A stretch of DNA of 64,000 bases from contig JABHXF010000048.1 of assembly GCA_018657385.1 (NCBI GenBank), positions 3,681 to 67,680 of the forward strand, in the 5' to 3' direction. Under the pieces are notes generated by a model that made no database searches, was not told where the DNA came from, and saw only the letters and a program-made list of their open reading frames with translations. The translations under genes and the position numbers were made by a program. Positions within the stretch are counted from its first letter, which is position 1, and the number at the start of each line of letters is the position of its first letter. Below, in pieces: positions 50,356 through 59,639 of this stretch. Source of the stretch: Candidatus Woesearchaeota archaeon (GTDB lineage: Archaea; Nanobdellota; Nanobdellia; Woesearchaeales; DSVV01).

Positions 50356-51270
50356 TTATATGTCTTCATTATTAACCTCTTTTTCTAATTCCGTTAATTC
50401 AGTTTCTTCTTCAATCATTGGTTGTTCAATTTCATTATTCTCATCTTCAGGATTTTGTATGATTTCTATCTCATCTTGATTATTATCTTCTAATTTTGGC
50501 TCTTCAATATCAACTGCTTCTTGTTTTACTTCTTGAATTTGAGTATCTAATTCAATGTTTGTATTATTATTTTCTATTTCAGTTGAATTATCTGCTTCCT
50601 CTTCTTGATCCACTTTACCACTATCTTCAACTTTTTTGTTTTCATCTTCTAGATTTTCTTCAGGATTATCATGATCAGTTTCTTCTTTAGTTTCAGTTTC
50701 GCTGGAACTTTGTTGAGCTTCCTCAACTTTATTTTCTCCTTCTTCAAAATCACTCATCTGTTTTTGATCAATAACTTCTTCTTTTATGTCTTTAAACAAT
50801 GCTTTTAATGAATCATCATTTCTAACATCAAAATAATCAAAGAATTTTTGAGTTAATTTTAATAAATAAGTTCTACCATATCTCTCCTTAACGACAAAAC
50901 CCATGTCCATTAATTCTTTTACATGGTCATAAGCTTTATTTGTTCTAATTTTAATAACATCACTTTGAAGCATTGGTTGTTTCCATGCAATAACAGCTAA
51001 TGTTTCCATCATTGTTTTGCTTAATTCTGTATGTGTATTAATTTCCCTTACTAAATTTATATATTGTTCTTGTACATTTAATTTCCAACTTGTTCCTTCT
51101 TCAACAAGCATAACTGGGCTATTTCTGTTCTCATGTTCTTTTTTTAGTTCAATTAATTTTTCTTTGATAATAACTCTATCTCTAACTTTAACTAATCTAG
51201 CAAGCTCGTCTATATCCATCTTTCTGCCAGATGCAAATAATAATGCTTCAATCTTATTCTTTAATTCCAT
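50356..51270 (-). CDS. scpB: SMC-Scp complex subunit ScpB with long acidic tail
   Basis: IEALLFASG, ETLAVIAWKQP, IR…HVKEL..GFV, T.KF.DYF. Confidence 0.88.
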   Translation of the reverse strand: MELKNKIEALLFASGRKMDIDELARLVKVRDRVIIKEKLIELKKEHENRNSPVMLVEEGTSWKLNVQEQYINLVREINTHTELSKTMMETLAVIAWKQPMLQSDVIKIRTNKAYDHVKELMDMGFVVKERYGRTYLLKLTQKFFDYFDVRNDDSLKALFKDIKEEVIDQKQMSDFEEGENKVEEAQQSSSETETKEETDHDNPEENLEDENKKVEDSGKVDQEEEADNSTEIENNNTNIELDTQIQEVKQEAVDIEEPKLEDNNQDEIEIIQNPEDENNEIEQPMIEEETELTELEKEVNNEDI

Positions 51271-51489
51271 ATTATGTCTAAAAATCGAATAAATTAATAT
51301 ACTTTTCGTTTTCGAGCCATTGGACAATTATTTAATAGATTTATACTAGGATTCATTGTTTTTTTCTGAGTTGTCGATTGGCTCATATGGTTTGAAGTGC
51401 TTAAATCTTAGTGTTTTAGGGGTTTTATTGCTTAGCACTGGACATGTTGTTGTGAGGTTTATAAACTTTCAAGCTTTAATACTATTTGT

Positions 51490-51586
51490 TGGTTGTTTAG
51501 CGCTGAACATCAACGCTCCCTTCCCTGAGACCCTGGCTGTCTATAATTAAGGGGAAGTTGAAATAAAATGCGATAAGCAAAGGAGT
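51490..51586 (+). promoter_or_regulatory. Structured 5' leader candidate upstream of 51587 gene
   Basis: TTTATAAA at ~51458; hairpin GTTG-TGTTTAG/CTGAACA-CAAC and stem CTTCCCT/AGGGGAAG enclosing AGAC/GTCT; GC-rich relative to flanks. Confidence 0.4.
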
Positions 51587-51865
51587 ATGAATAAAATGGA
51601 AAATAAAAACACAAGTACAGGCAATATGCCTGTTAAAAGAATTAGTGCAGGAGCTATATCTGTAAGTATTTGGCAAAATAGTGGTGAGAAAGATGGTAGA
51701 CAATATGAATTCTCTTCAATGTCTATTGATCGGGCATATAAAGATAAAGAAGGAGCTTGGCAACATACTAGTCAATTAAGAACTGCTGATCTTCCTAAGG
51801 CTGTTGTTGTGCTTTCTAAGGCTTATGAATTTTTAATATTGAAAGAAAAAGCTACAGCACAATAA
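51587..51865 (+). CDS. Small conserved hypothetical protein, possible PC4-like ssDNA-binding fold
   Basis: AGGAG SD; ISVSIWQN…SIDRAYKDKEGAWQHTSQLRTADLPKA. Confidence 0.7.
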   Translation: MNKMENKNTSTGNMPVKRISAGAISVSIWQNSGEKDGRQYEFSSMSIDRAYKDKEGAWQHTSQLRTADLPKAVVVLSKAYEFLILKEKATAQ

Positions 51866-52194
51866 TTAATTTTATGTTCGTCGTCGGGAATAGGCATTAG
51901 ATCCCTTTTGGTTGAGGCTAAATATGCCGTAAAATTCCCGGCACTTATGTATATTTTTCAATTTTTTTATTTTTATTTTTAAATTGTTTCAATTGAATAC
52001 GTAATATTTTCAACTTTAATGAAAATGTTACGGGAAATGTTCAAATAAACATTTTAAGGGGTTGTGCCTATTGATTTTTAGGAATTGGCCAACTTCCAAA
52101 TATGAAACTTGCTAAACATGTTTCAGAGATTGTTTAATCAGGCTGTAAAAAGGATGATTTAACAATAAAGTATATAATAAACGAGGTGTTACCT

Positions 52195-53274
52195 ATGTTA
52201 GCTAAGAAAATGGAAGAAGATATGGTTGGAAAAGAGGCTCTAGAGGAGCAAAAAGAAGAATCTAAAGAAGAAAAGTTAGATGAAGTAAAAGAACAATTAG
52301 ATGAAGTAGAAGTAAAAGAAGAAAAACAAACTAAATCTAAACAAATTACTAAAATCGAAGATTTACCTGGGGTTGGTGCTGCTACTGCTGAAAAACTAAT
52401 GTTATGTGGTTTTGATACTTTAATGGCTATTGCTGTTGCTACACCTGGTGAATTAGTAAATTCTTCTGGTGTTACAGAAAGTGTTGCTAGGAAACTAATT
52501 AATGTTAGTAGAGATGCAATGGATATGGGATTTGAATCAGGAGATGAACTTCTAAAAAAAAGAGCACTGATAACAAAAATCAATACTAACTGCGATGGTT
52601 TTAATGAAATTTTAGGTGGTGGTGTTGAAACTGGCGCAATTACAGAATGTTTTGGTCAGTATGGAAGTGGTAAAACACAAATTGGTCATCAACTTGCTGT
52701 AAATGTACAAAGTTATGGTGAGGATGCATGTGCTGTTTATATTGATACAGAAAATACTTTTAGACCAGAAAGAATTAAACAATTTGCAGAAGGTGCTGGT
52801 CTTGATCCTGATAAGGTATTAAAAAATGTTTTAGTTGCTAGGGCTTATAATTCTGACCATCAGATGTTGTTAGCTGAACAAGTTGATGAACTAATAACTA
52901 AAAAAGGCAAAAATGTTAAGTTACTTGTTGTTGATTCATTAACTGCTCATTTTAGGGCTGAGTTTGTTGGTCGTGGTACATTAGCAGAAAGACAACAAAA
53001 ATTAAATAAACATATGCATGTCTTGGCAAGAGTTGCAGATGTGCATAACTTGGCAGTTTATGTAACTAATCAAGTCATGTCTAAGCCTGATCAATTCTTT
53101 GGAGATCCAACAGAAGCAATTGGTGGACACATTGTTGCTCACAATTCTACATTTAGAATTTATTTACGTAAGGGTAAAAAAGGCAGCAGGGTTGCTAAAC
53201 TTGTAGATGCACCTGCTTTACCAGATGCTGAATGTACTTTCTGGGTTAAAGAAGAAGGAATTAGTGACAACTGA
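52195..53274 (+). CDS. radA: DNA repair and recombination protein RadA
   Basis: EDLPGVG HhH, GQYGSGKTQ, YIDTENTFRPER, VDSLTAHFRAE, GRGTLAERQQKL. Confidence 0.97.
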   Translation: MLAKKMEEDMVGKEALEEQKEESKEEKLDEVKEQLDEVEVKEEKQTKSKQITKIEDLPGVGAATAEKLMLCGFDTLMAIAVATPGELVNSSGVTESVARKLINVSRDAMDMGFESGDELLKKRALITKINTNCDGFNEILGGGVETGAITECFGQYGSGKTQIGHQLAVNVQSYGEDACAVYIDTENTFRPERIKQFAEGAGLDPDKVLKNVLVARAYNSDHQMLLAEQVDELITKKGKNVKLLVVDSLTAHFRAEFVGRGTLAERQQKLNKHMHVLARVADVHNLAVYVTNQVMSKPDQFFGDPTEAIGGHIVAHNSTFRIYLRKGKKGSRVAKLVDAPALPDAECTFWVKEEGISDN

Positions 53275-53304
53275 TTTTTCTTTTTTTCTTATTTTTTATA
53301 TTGA

Positions 53305-54018
53305 TTACTTTAATATTTTCTTCAATATCTTTTCTTCATCCAAATTCTTTAATCCTATTTTTCTGAAGAAAATACAAATATTCTTAACATCTCTAATTAA
53401 TAATTCTTTTGCATTTGGTGTTTTTATGTCTGCTGTTTGAGAAAAATCAATAAACACTGGACTTTCATTGTAATTTAATATGTTGAAATGACTTAAATCA
53501 CCATGTACTAATCTTGCTTTTTTCCACATCAAATGCATGTATTCAATTATTTTGTTAAGGAACTTTGTTTTGTTTTTTGGAATATGGTTTTTTAATTGCA
53601 GGGCAATATAATCATCCCCAATATACTCTATCACTAAAATATTATCGACTGAGGTATGTACTAATGGGACTCTAACACCTACTTCTCTTGCTTTTAATAA
53701 ATTTCTATGTTCTCTTTGCGTCCATGCAAAAATTACTTTTCTTCTTTGTTTTTTCATTCCACTATAACGTGGATCTTGTCTAATATAACTATACATCTGG
53801 TTAAAATTGCATGTTTCTAATCTGTATATTTTAATAATTATTCTTTTTTTGTCTTTAGTTATTGCTGAAAATATATTTGCTTCTTTGCCTACTGAAATTG
53901 GACTTTCTAATTCTTCAAAATAACCCTGGCTTTTTAGTTTGAAAAGATTTCTATTTGTGAAATTATCAAATACATTCCCCCATACTTTCCATTCTTCTTT
54001 TCTTGCTTTTTTAGCCAT
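53305..54018 (-). CDS. rio1: RIO1 family Ser kinase
   Basis: ISVGKEANIF, IKIYR, W..RE.RNL, LVHGDLSHFNIL, IDFSQ. Confidence 0.93.
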   Translation of the reverse strand: MAKKARKEEWKVWGNVFDNFTNRNLFKLKSQGYFEELESPISVGKEANIFSAITKDKKRIIIKIYRLETCNFNQMYSYIRQDPRYSGMKKQRRKVIFAWTQREHRNLLKAREVGVRVPLVHTSVDNILVIEYIGDDYIALQLKNHIPKNKTKFLNKIIEYMHLMWKKARLVHGDLSHFNILNYNESPVFIDFSQTADIKTPNAKELLIRDVKNICIFFRKIGLKNLDEEKILKKILK

Positions 54019-54139
54019 GGTTGTAGGAATAGTTTGTGGTGTTTAAATGGTTTCTTGTCACACCAATACTATGACTACTCTAAAATGACAAAATTTATAT
54101 AAAACCTCTATCTTTAAATACTCATTAGTCTTTAGTAAA

Positions 54140-54362
54140 GATTAGTCAATTGTATGCAAATTGGTCCTCTTACGAGCAGAAACATTTGTTTCAGCTGTGA
54201 ATTGGAGCCACTCTTGCGTATAGCAGCCCGACACGAGAGTACTTGACGGAGCTTACGGCAAAGCCAAGCTATGAACTTGGGAGTTAGTGAATCGGGCAAC
54301 AAACCCTTATTTGGGTTAAACAAGGTCAAATTACGCTTATACAGGCTTAGAACAAGCTAATC
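54140..54362 (+). ncRNA. Candidate large structured ncRNA (family not recognised), possibly extending to ~54590
   Basis: GC-rich island after TATA (TTTAAATA 54113-54120); terminal pairing, at least 5 hairpins and loop GCCCGA complementary to TCGGGC. Confidence 0.5.
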
Positions 54363-54609
54363 ACAATTCATTTCATCATTTATTTTAAGATGGGGAACTC
54401 AAAGTAGGGAGTGGAATTAGTAAAGATACTCCTATAATTAGTTTGTTCTAGAGCACATTATTATAATAAAACAAAATAGGAAGAGCAAAATGTACAGAAA
54501 TTATATTCATTATTTCACTTATCAAAGTTGTATCAGAAGCAAGGAAATTAGTACTGGTATAGATAATAGAAATATGGTGCTCTTTCTGTAAATTGGAGGT
54601 TTGGTATAC

Positions 54610-55875
54610 ATGGGGAAAATAAGCCCAGTAAGTGCAAAATATATTGTTCACGCTAGTATTAATATTGGTGGAGTAGTTGATAGACCTGATGTAATTGGTG
54701 CAATTTTTGGTCAAACAGAAGGTTTATTAGGAGCTGATCTAGAACTTAGAGAGCTGCAAAGAAGTGGTAGAATTGGAAGAATTGAAGTTAATGTTGAAAC
54801 TAAAACAGGTAAAACTGTTGGAACTATTATAATTCCTTCTAGTTTAGATAAAGCAGAAACAGCAATTGTTGGTGCTGCTTTAGAAGTTATTCAAAGAATT
54901 GGACCTTGCAATGCTAAAATCATAGTAGGAAAAATTGAAGATGTTAGAGTTAGCAAAAGACAATTTGTAATTGAAAGAGCTAAAGAATTATTAAGGGATT
55001 TAATGGAAACTTCAATGCCAGATAGTCAGGAATTAGCTGATGAAGTTGCTTATTCAGTTAGAGTAATGGAAATTACTGAATTTGGCAATGACAGATTACC
55101 AGCTGGACCTGGAGTTGAAGACTCTGATGAAATAATGATTGTAGAAGGTAGAGCAGATGTTCTTAATTTGTTAAAACACGGCTTTAAGAATGCAATTGCT
55201 ATTAATGGAACTTCTGTTCCTGAATCAATTATTGAGTTAACTAAGAAGAAAATAGTAACTGTATTTGTTGATGGAGATAGGGGAGGAGACCTAATCATTA
55301 AAGAGTTAACTGGTAGAGCAGAAATTGATTTTGTTACAAAAGCACCTGATGGTAAAGAAGTAGAAGAACTAACTAAAAAAGAACTTCATAAAGCAATTAG
55401 AAGTAAAGTTAGTCCTGAACAAGCAAAGGTTGATGTTAATAGGTCAAGTAGAAATAGTAGTGATTCAAGAAATGATAGAGTTGATAGAAGACCTACACAA
55501 AGACCACCACAAAGATCACAACCAACATATCAGAAATCTTCTGCACCAACACAAGCTAGAAAACCTGTTTCAGTTGCAAAAGCAACACCAGATGAAAAGA
55601 AAAAGTTTAGCAAATTGTTAGAAGATTTAATTGGAACAAGAGGCGCTTACATCTTAGATGATAAGTTAAATATTCTTGGGAAAGTTCCATTAAGTGAATT
55701 AACAACCACAATCAAAAGTTTAAGTTCTGGTATTTATGCAGTTGTATTTGATGGGGAAATGGATAATGATATTTTATCAATTGCTGATAAATCAGGAGTT
55801 AAATTTGCAGTTGCAATGGGAAGTAAAGTTAAACAAAGTGGTTCAGTTTGTGTTTTAACTGTAGATGACTTTTAA
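54610..55875 (+). CDS. dnaG: Archaeal DnaG (primase-like / exosome-associated)
   Basis: DVIGAIFGQTEGLLG, LRELQRSGRIGRI, VEGRADV, FVDGDRGG (TOPRIM). Confidence 0.95.
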   Translation: MGKISPVSAKYIVHASINIGGVVDRPDVIGAIFGQTEGLLGADLELRELQRSGRIGRIEVNVETKTGKTVGTIIIPSSLDKAETAIVGAALEVIQRIGPCNAKIIVGKIEDVRVSKRQFVIERAKELLRDLMETSMPDSQELADEVAYSVRVMEITEFGNDRLPAGPGVEDSDEIMIVEGRADVLNLLKHGFKNAIAINGTSVPESIIELTKKKIVTVFVDGDRGGDLIIKELTGRAEIDFVTKAPDGKEVEELTKKELHKAIRSKVSPEQAKVDVNRSSRNSSDSRNDRVDRRPTQRPPQRSQPTYQKSSAPTQARKPVSVAKATPDEKKKFSKLLEDLIGTRGAYILDDKLNILGKVPLSELTTTIKSLSSGIYAVVFDGEMDNDILSIADKSGVKFAVAMGSKVKQSGSVCVLTVDDF

Positions 55876-55990
55876 TTAAGTTATTTTTTTATTATTTTTT
55901 ATTCTTTTTTTAATGGTTTTTTGAATCTCTTTTATTAATTTTCCATAAGTTTTATAAAACCTTATTATATCTCTCTTATTGGGTGTTATT

Positions 55991-56842
55991 ATGATTAAGA
56001 ATCAATTAAAAACATTTATCTTGTTAGCATGTTTAACAGCATTATTATTGTTTGTTGGACAAATTGCTGGTGGCTACACAGGACTAATTTTTGCAGGAGT
56101 TTTTGTAGTAATAATGAATCTTGTTACATATTTTTATTCTCATAAACTTGTATTAATGATGTATAAAGCTAAAGAAGCTAAAGAAAAAGAATATCCTGAT
56201 TTATATAAAAGTGTAAGGGAAGTTGCTCATCTAGCTGGAATACCAATGCCTAAAGTTTATGTTATTCCATCTTCAAGTCCTAATGCCTTTGCAACTGGTA
56301 GAAATCCAGAACATGCAGCTGTTGCATGTACACAAGGTATAATAGATTTACTAAGCAAAGATGAATTAAAAGGAGTGATTGCTCATGAAATTAGTCATAT
56401 TAAAAATCGTGATATATTAATTCAAACTGTTGCTGCTACAATTGCAGGTGTTATTTCATATGTTGCAATGATGGCAAGATTTTCTGCAATATTTGGTGGG
56501 TTTGGTGGTAGAAGCAGAGATGGTGGAAATTTAATTAGTCTACTTGTTTTAGCAATAATTACACCACTAATTGCAATGCTTATTCAATTAGCTATTTCAA
56601 GAAGTAGAGAATATCTTGCAGATGAAAGTGCAGCTAAACTATTACATAATCCTTATGGTCTAGCAAATGCATTAGAAAAACTAGAAACTGGAATAAAACA
56701 TAATCCAATGAAGTTAGGTAATCCATCAACATCATCATTATTTATTGCAAATCCTTTTAAAAGTGGTATGATGATGAGCTTATTAAGTACACATCCACCA
56801 ATGAAAGAAAGAATTAGTAAACTAAAAGGAATGGGCTTTTAA
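55991..56842 (+). CDS. htpX: Zinc metalloprotease HtpX
   Basis: PNAFATGR, AHEISHIKNRD, SRSREYLAD, STHPP. Confidence 0.95.
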   Translation: MIKNQLKTFILLACLTALLLFVGQIAGGYTGLIFAGVFVVIMNLVTYFYSHKLVLMMYKAKEAKEKEYPDLYKSVREVAHLAGIPMPKVYVIPSSSPNAFATGRNPEHAAVACTQGIIDLLSKDELKGVIAHEISHIKNRDILIQTVAATIAGVISYVAMMARFSAIFGGFGGRSRDGGNLISLLVLAIITPLIAMLIQLAISRSREYLADESAAKLLHNPYGLANALEKLETGIKHNPMKLGNPSTSSLFIANPFKSGMMMSLLSTHPPMKERISKLKGMGF

Positions 56843-57086
56843 TTCCCCACAAATTCTTTTTTTTAACATCTACATACGGAAATTTCTATTTCTACTTGTT
56901 TTTCCGGGAAATCTTTTGGTTTTCTTGAAAGATTTTCAATAAATAATTCTTCTTTAAATACTGTTTCCGAGAATTTGTTTTTTTAATTTCTTTCGTCGGA
57001 AATCTTCTAAAAAAACCTCAATTAAGTATTTTAAAAAGTTATGTCTACTAATTGTTTAGTTTTGAAAAAACAAAAAAGGTGATAAG

Positions 57087-58484
57087 ATGAAAAAGTTTAT
57101 TTGTATTTGGGCGATATTAGGTTTTTTTAGTTGTATATTAACATTTTCTGCAGTAGCTATAGATAATGTCATTATAAATCAAGTATATGTTGATGCAATT
57201 GATACTGAAGCAGGAGGAGAAGCAATTGAATTATACAATCCAACTTTTCAAGAAATAGATATTAGTGGTTATACAATTAGAACTGAAAGCAGTAATAGTG
57301 ATGTTACTCTACCTGATAACTCTATAATTAATGCATCTGGTTATTACTTAATTGCAGACAATGGGTGGGCAATATTAAAAGATAATATGTCATGGCCAAA
57401 TGCTGATCATGAAGAAGCTGTTACTATGTATAATACTAATTCAGGAATTGCTTTAGTTAATATTAATGATGAAATATTAGATGCAGTTGGTTGGGGTAAA
57501 ATAACAGAGATTGAACCGGGCTTATATGAATCTATACCCGTAATTAATCCAAATACTGGATTTGTTCTCTTAAGAAATAATTTCCAAGACACAGGTAATA
57601 ATTCAAATGATTTTGTCATTTCACAACCAAACTTTCATAACTCTTCTTCTATTTTTGAAGCTGATGATGATGGACCAATTAATGATTCCGGAAATGAAGG
57701 GGATGGTGAGGATGAAAATGATGGCAATACTACTTCTGATTATATTGAATTACCAATCATCATTAATCTCACTAACTCTCTTCCTTCAATTCTTAGTTAT
57801 AATTTAACTATCGATGATAGTGAAGATTTAGGTTATCAATTAATACCTCTACCAGGTCAACAAAAGCAAATTCCAATAAATGTTTTAGTTGGTGATAATG
57901 ATGGTGGGGATGATATTGATAATGTTGAATTATTAATTACTTCTTCTGATTTTGTTCAAGAAGTTATATTAGAAAAAGTAGTGAATAATACTATTTCTTC
58001 TTTGTTTTCAGGAAATATATCAATGAAATATTATGATGATCCTGGTAATTATAATATCTTAATAACAGCAACTGACCAAAATAATGAAAATATTGAACTA
58101 AATTTTGGTTATGAATATTTAAGTTTAATTGCATTTGATTTAGATACCGAAATATTAGTGTTTAATGCTAAAAACAAAGAAACTGCTGAAATAATTGGTG
58201 ATGATGATTTTAATTCATTAAGTAATCCAACTATTAAAAATCTTGGTAATACTGAACTAAATCTTGGAGTTTATAGTGGCAATTTAGCAATTAATGATAA
58301 TCTATTGCAATATAAATTTGCCCAAGATTATTATAATGTAAGTTCAGATGTTCAAGTTTCTGAAGAGATGTTAGGTCATGGTATGAATGAAACACTTAGT
58401 TTAGGATTTAAGCTAATCTTAGAAAAATATCTTAAACCGGATGCATATTTATCTAGTTTAAATATTATAGGTGTTGTATCATGA
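57087..58484 (+). CDS. Secreted lamin-tail-domain protein
   Basis: Signal peptide; VIINQVY…EAIELYNPT..IDISGY…DAVGWG…QDTGNNSNDF. Confidence 0.8.
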   Translation: MKKFICIWAILGFFSCILTFSAVAIDNVIINQVYVDAIDTEAGGEAIELYNPTFQEIDISGYTIRTESSNSDVTLPDNSIINASGYYLIADNGWAILKDNMSWPNADHEEAVTMYNTNSGIALVNINDEILDAVGWGKITEIEPGLYESIPVINPNTGFVLLRNNFQDTGNNSNDFVISQPNFHNSSSIFEADDDGPINDSGNEGDGEDENDGNTTSDYIELPIIINLTNSLPSILSYNLTIDDSEDLGYQLIPLPGQQKQIPINVLVGDNDGGDDIDNVELLITSSDFVQEVILEKVVNNTISSLFSGNISMKYYDDPGNYNILITATDQNNENIELNFGYEYLSLIAFDLDTEILVFNAKNKETAEIIGDDDFNSLSNPTIKNLGNTELNLGVYSGNLAINDNLLQYKFAQDYYNVSSDVQVSEEMLGHGMNETLSLGFKLILEKYLKPDAYLSSLNIIGVVS

Positions 58485-59104
58485 GAAAACTAATTTATTT
58501 TTTTGTTTTTTTTATTTGTTCTATCTTGGTATTATTAGTCAGTATTAATGTGGTGTTAGCAACAAGTATTGGTGTAAGTCCTGCAAAAATATTTTTAGAA
58601 AATGAATCAGTTAATAAATCAATTACTATTATTAATATTAACAATAAAACATTAAATTTTGAATTAAAAAGTAATGAGGCTCTATTAAGTTTTATCCCAT
58701 CACATGGTAAATTAAAGAAAAACACCAATTCCAAAATAACAGTTATTATTAATCCCAATATTGATATTCAACAAGGTAACTATGATGAATTAATAATTGT
58801 CTCTGTATTTAATAAAGGGAATTTAAAAAATAGTGTGGGTATTAAAGCCATGGTTAATATTACTAAAAATATTTCTAGTGTTGATTATTATTTTGTTAAT
58901 GGGGGTTTAGAAGATAATTATAACAATAATTCTCTTAGTAATCAAGAAGATAATACTAATGACACAAAAGTTGGAAATTTAATTACAGGGATGGGTATTT
59001 TTTATAATGGCAAAATTAAAGGAAATGATTTTGTTAACTTAGGTATTATTGCATTATTGATTGTATTATTATATTTATTTATTAGAGAGAAGAAAAAAGA
59101 TTAA
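58481..59104 (+). CDS. Secreted Ig-like protein with C-terminal TM
   Basis: SIGVSPA…ITG + TM; overlaps previous stop. Confidence 0.65.
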   Translation: MRKLIYFFVFFICSILVLLVSINVVLATSIGVSPAKIFLENESVNKSITIININNKTLNFELKSNEALLSFIPSHGKLKKNTNSKITVIINPNIDIQQGNYDELIIVSVFNKGNLKNSVGIKAMVNITKNISSVDYYFVNGGLEDNYNNNSLSNQEDNTNDTKVGNLITGMGIFYNGKIKGNDFVNLGIIALLIVLLYLFIREKKKD

Positions 59105-59110
59105 AAAAAT

Positions 59111-59587
59111 TTACAGACCAATAAGATTTGCAAGGTTATGGCCAATGACTTCACCACTTTCAGCATTAATTTTAATATTCAATGTCTTAAATGCAGCAGT
59201 TATGAATGTGATATTATATACTTGTCCTTCCTCAACTAAATCTTGTATAACTACAATTTCTTTATTTGTTAACTCATGTGGGTAATGTTCTTTTTTTACT
59301 TCATTTGCTTTTTTAATTGCATCATCATAATCTAATTTAATTTTTTCCAATACTAATGGTTTAATGGCATGTTCTTTCTCTTGAAAAGGTGATTCTTCTT
59401 TAATGCTAATTGTTTCGCCTAAATCAAATGTTGTTACTTTTTTAGTTTTTTCAGAATAATAACCTACTTGGTGGTTAACACCAGTCATATGGAATATATG
59501 GACTAAGTATGCTTCTTCATGTTGTTTTTTAAATTCTTTAAATTCATTAGTATTTTCTACTTTTTTTATAATTTCTTTAAATTCCAT
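59111..59587 (-). CDS. Conserved hypothetical protein (PepSY-like)
   Basis: QVGYY, YNITFIT…NIKINAESGEVI; GGTGA SD. Confidence 0.6.
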   Translation of the reverse strand: MEFKEIIKKVENTNEFKEFKKQHEEAYLVHIFHMTGVNHQVGYYSEKTKKVTTFDLGETISIKEESPFQEKEHAIKPLVLEKIKLDYDDAIKKANEVKKEHYPHELTNKEIVVIQDLVEEGQVYNITFITAAFKTLNIKINAESGEVIGHNLANLIGL

Positions 59588-59639
59588 CTCTTCATCACCT
59601 GTGTTTTTATGCCCATTAATTATTAACTGATTTTATAAA

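Noticed and set aside
54140-54362. Assignment as RNase P or SRP RNA
   Set aside because: Only fragments resemble consensus (GCAGAAAC, GCTTAT); no GAGGAAAGUCC-like P4 strand or CAGG-GNRA-AGCA helix 8 found by eye, so left unassigned
54132-54714. Minus-strand ORFs 54132-54329 and 54448-54714
   Set aside because: No recognisable protein features; the region is better explained by RNA structure and the dnaG 5' end
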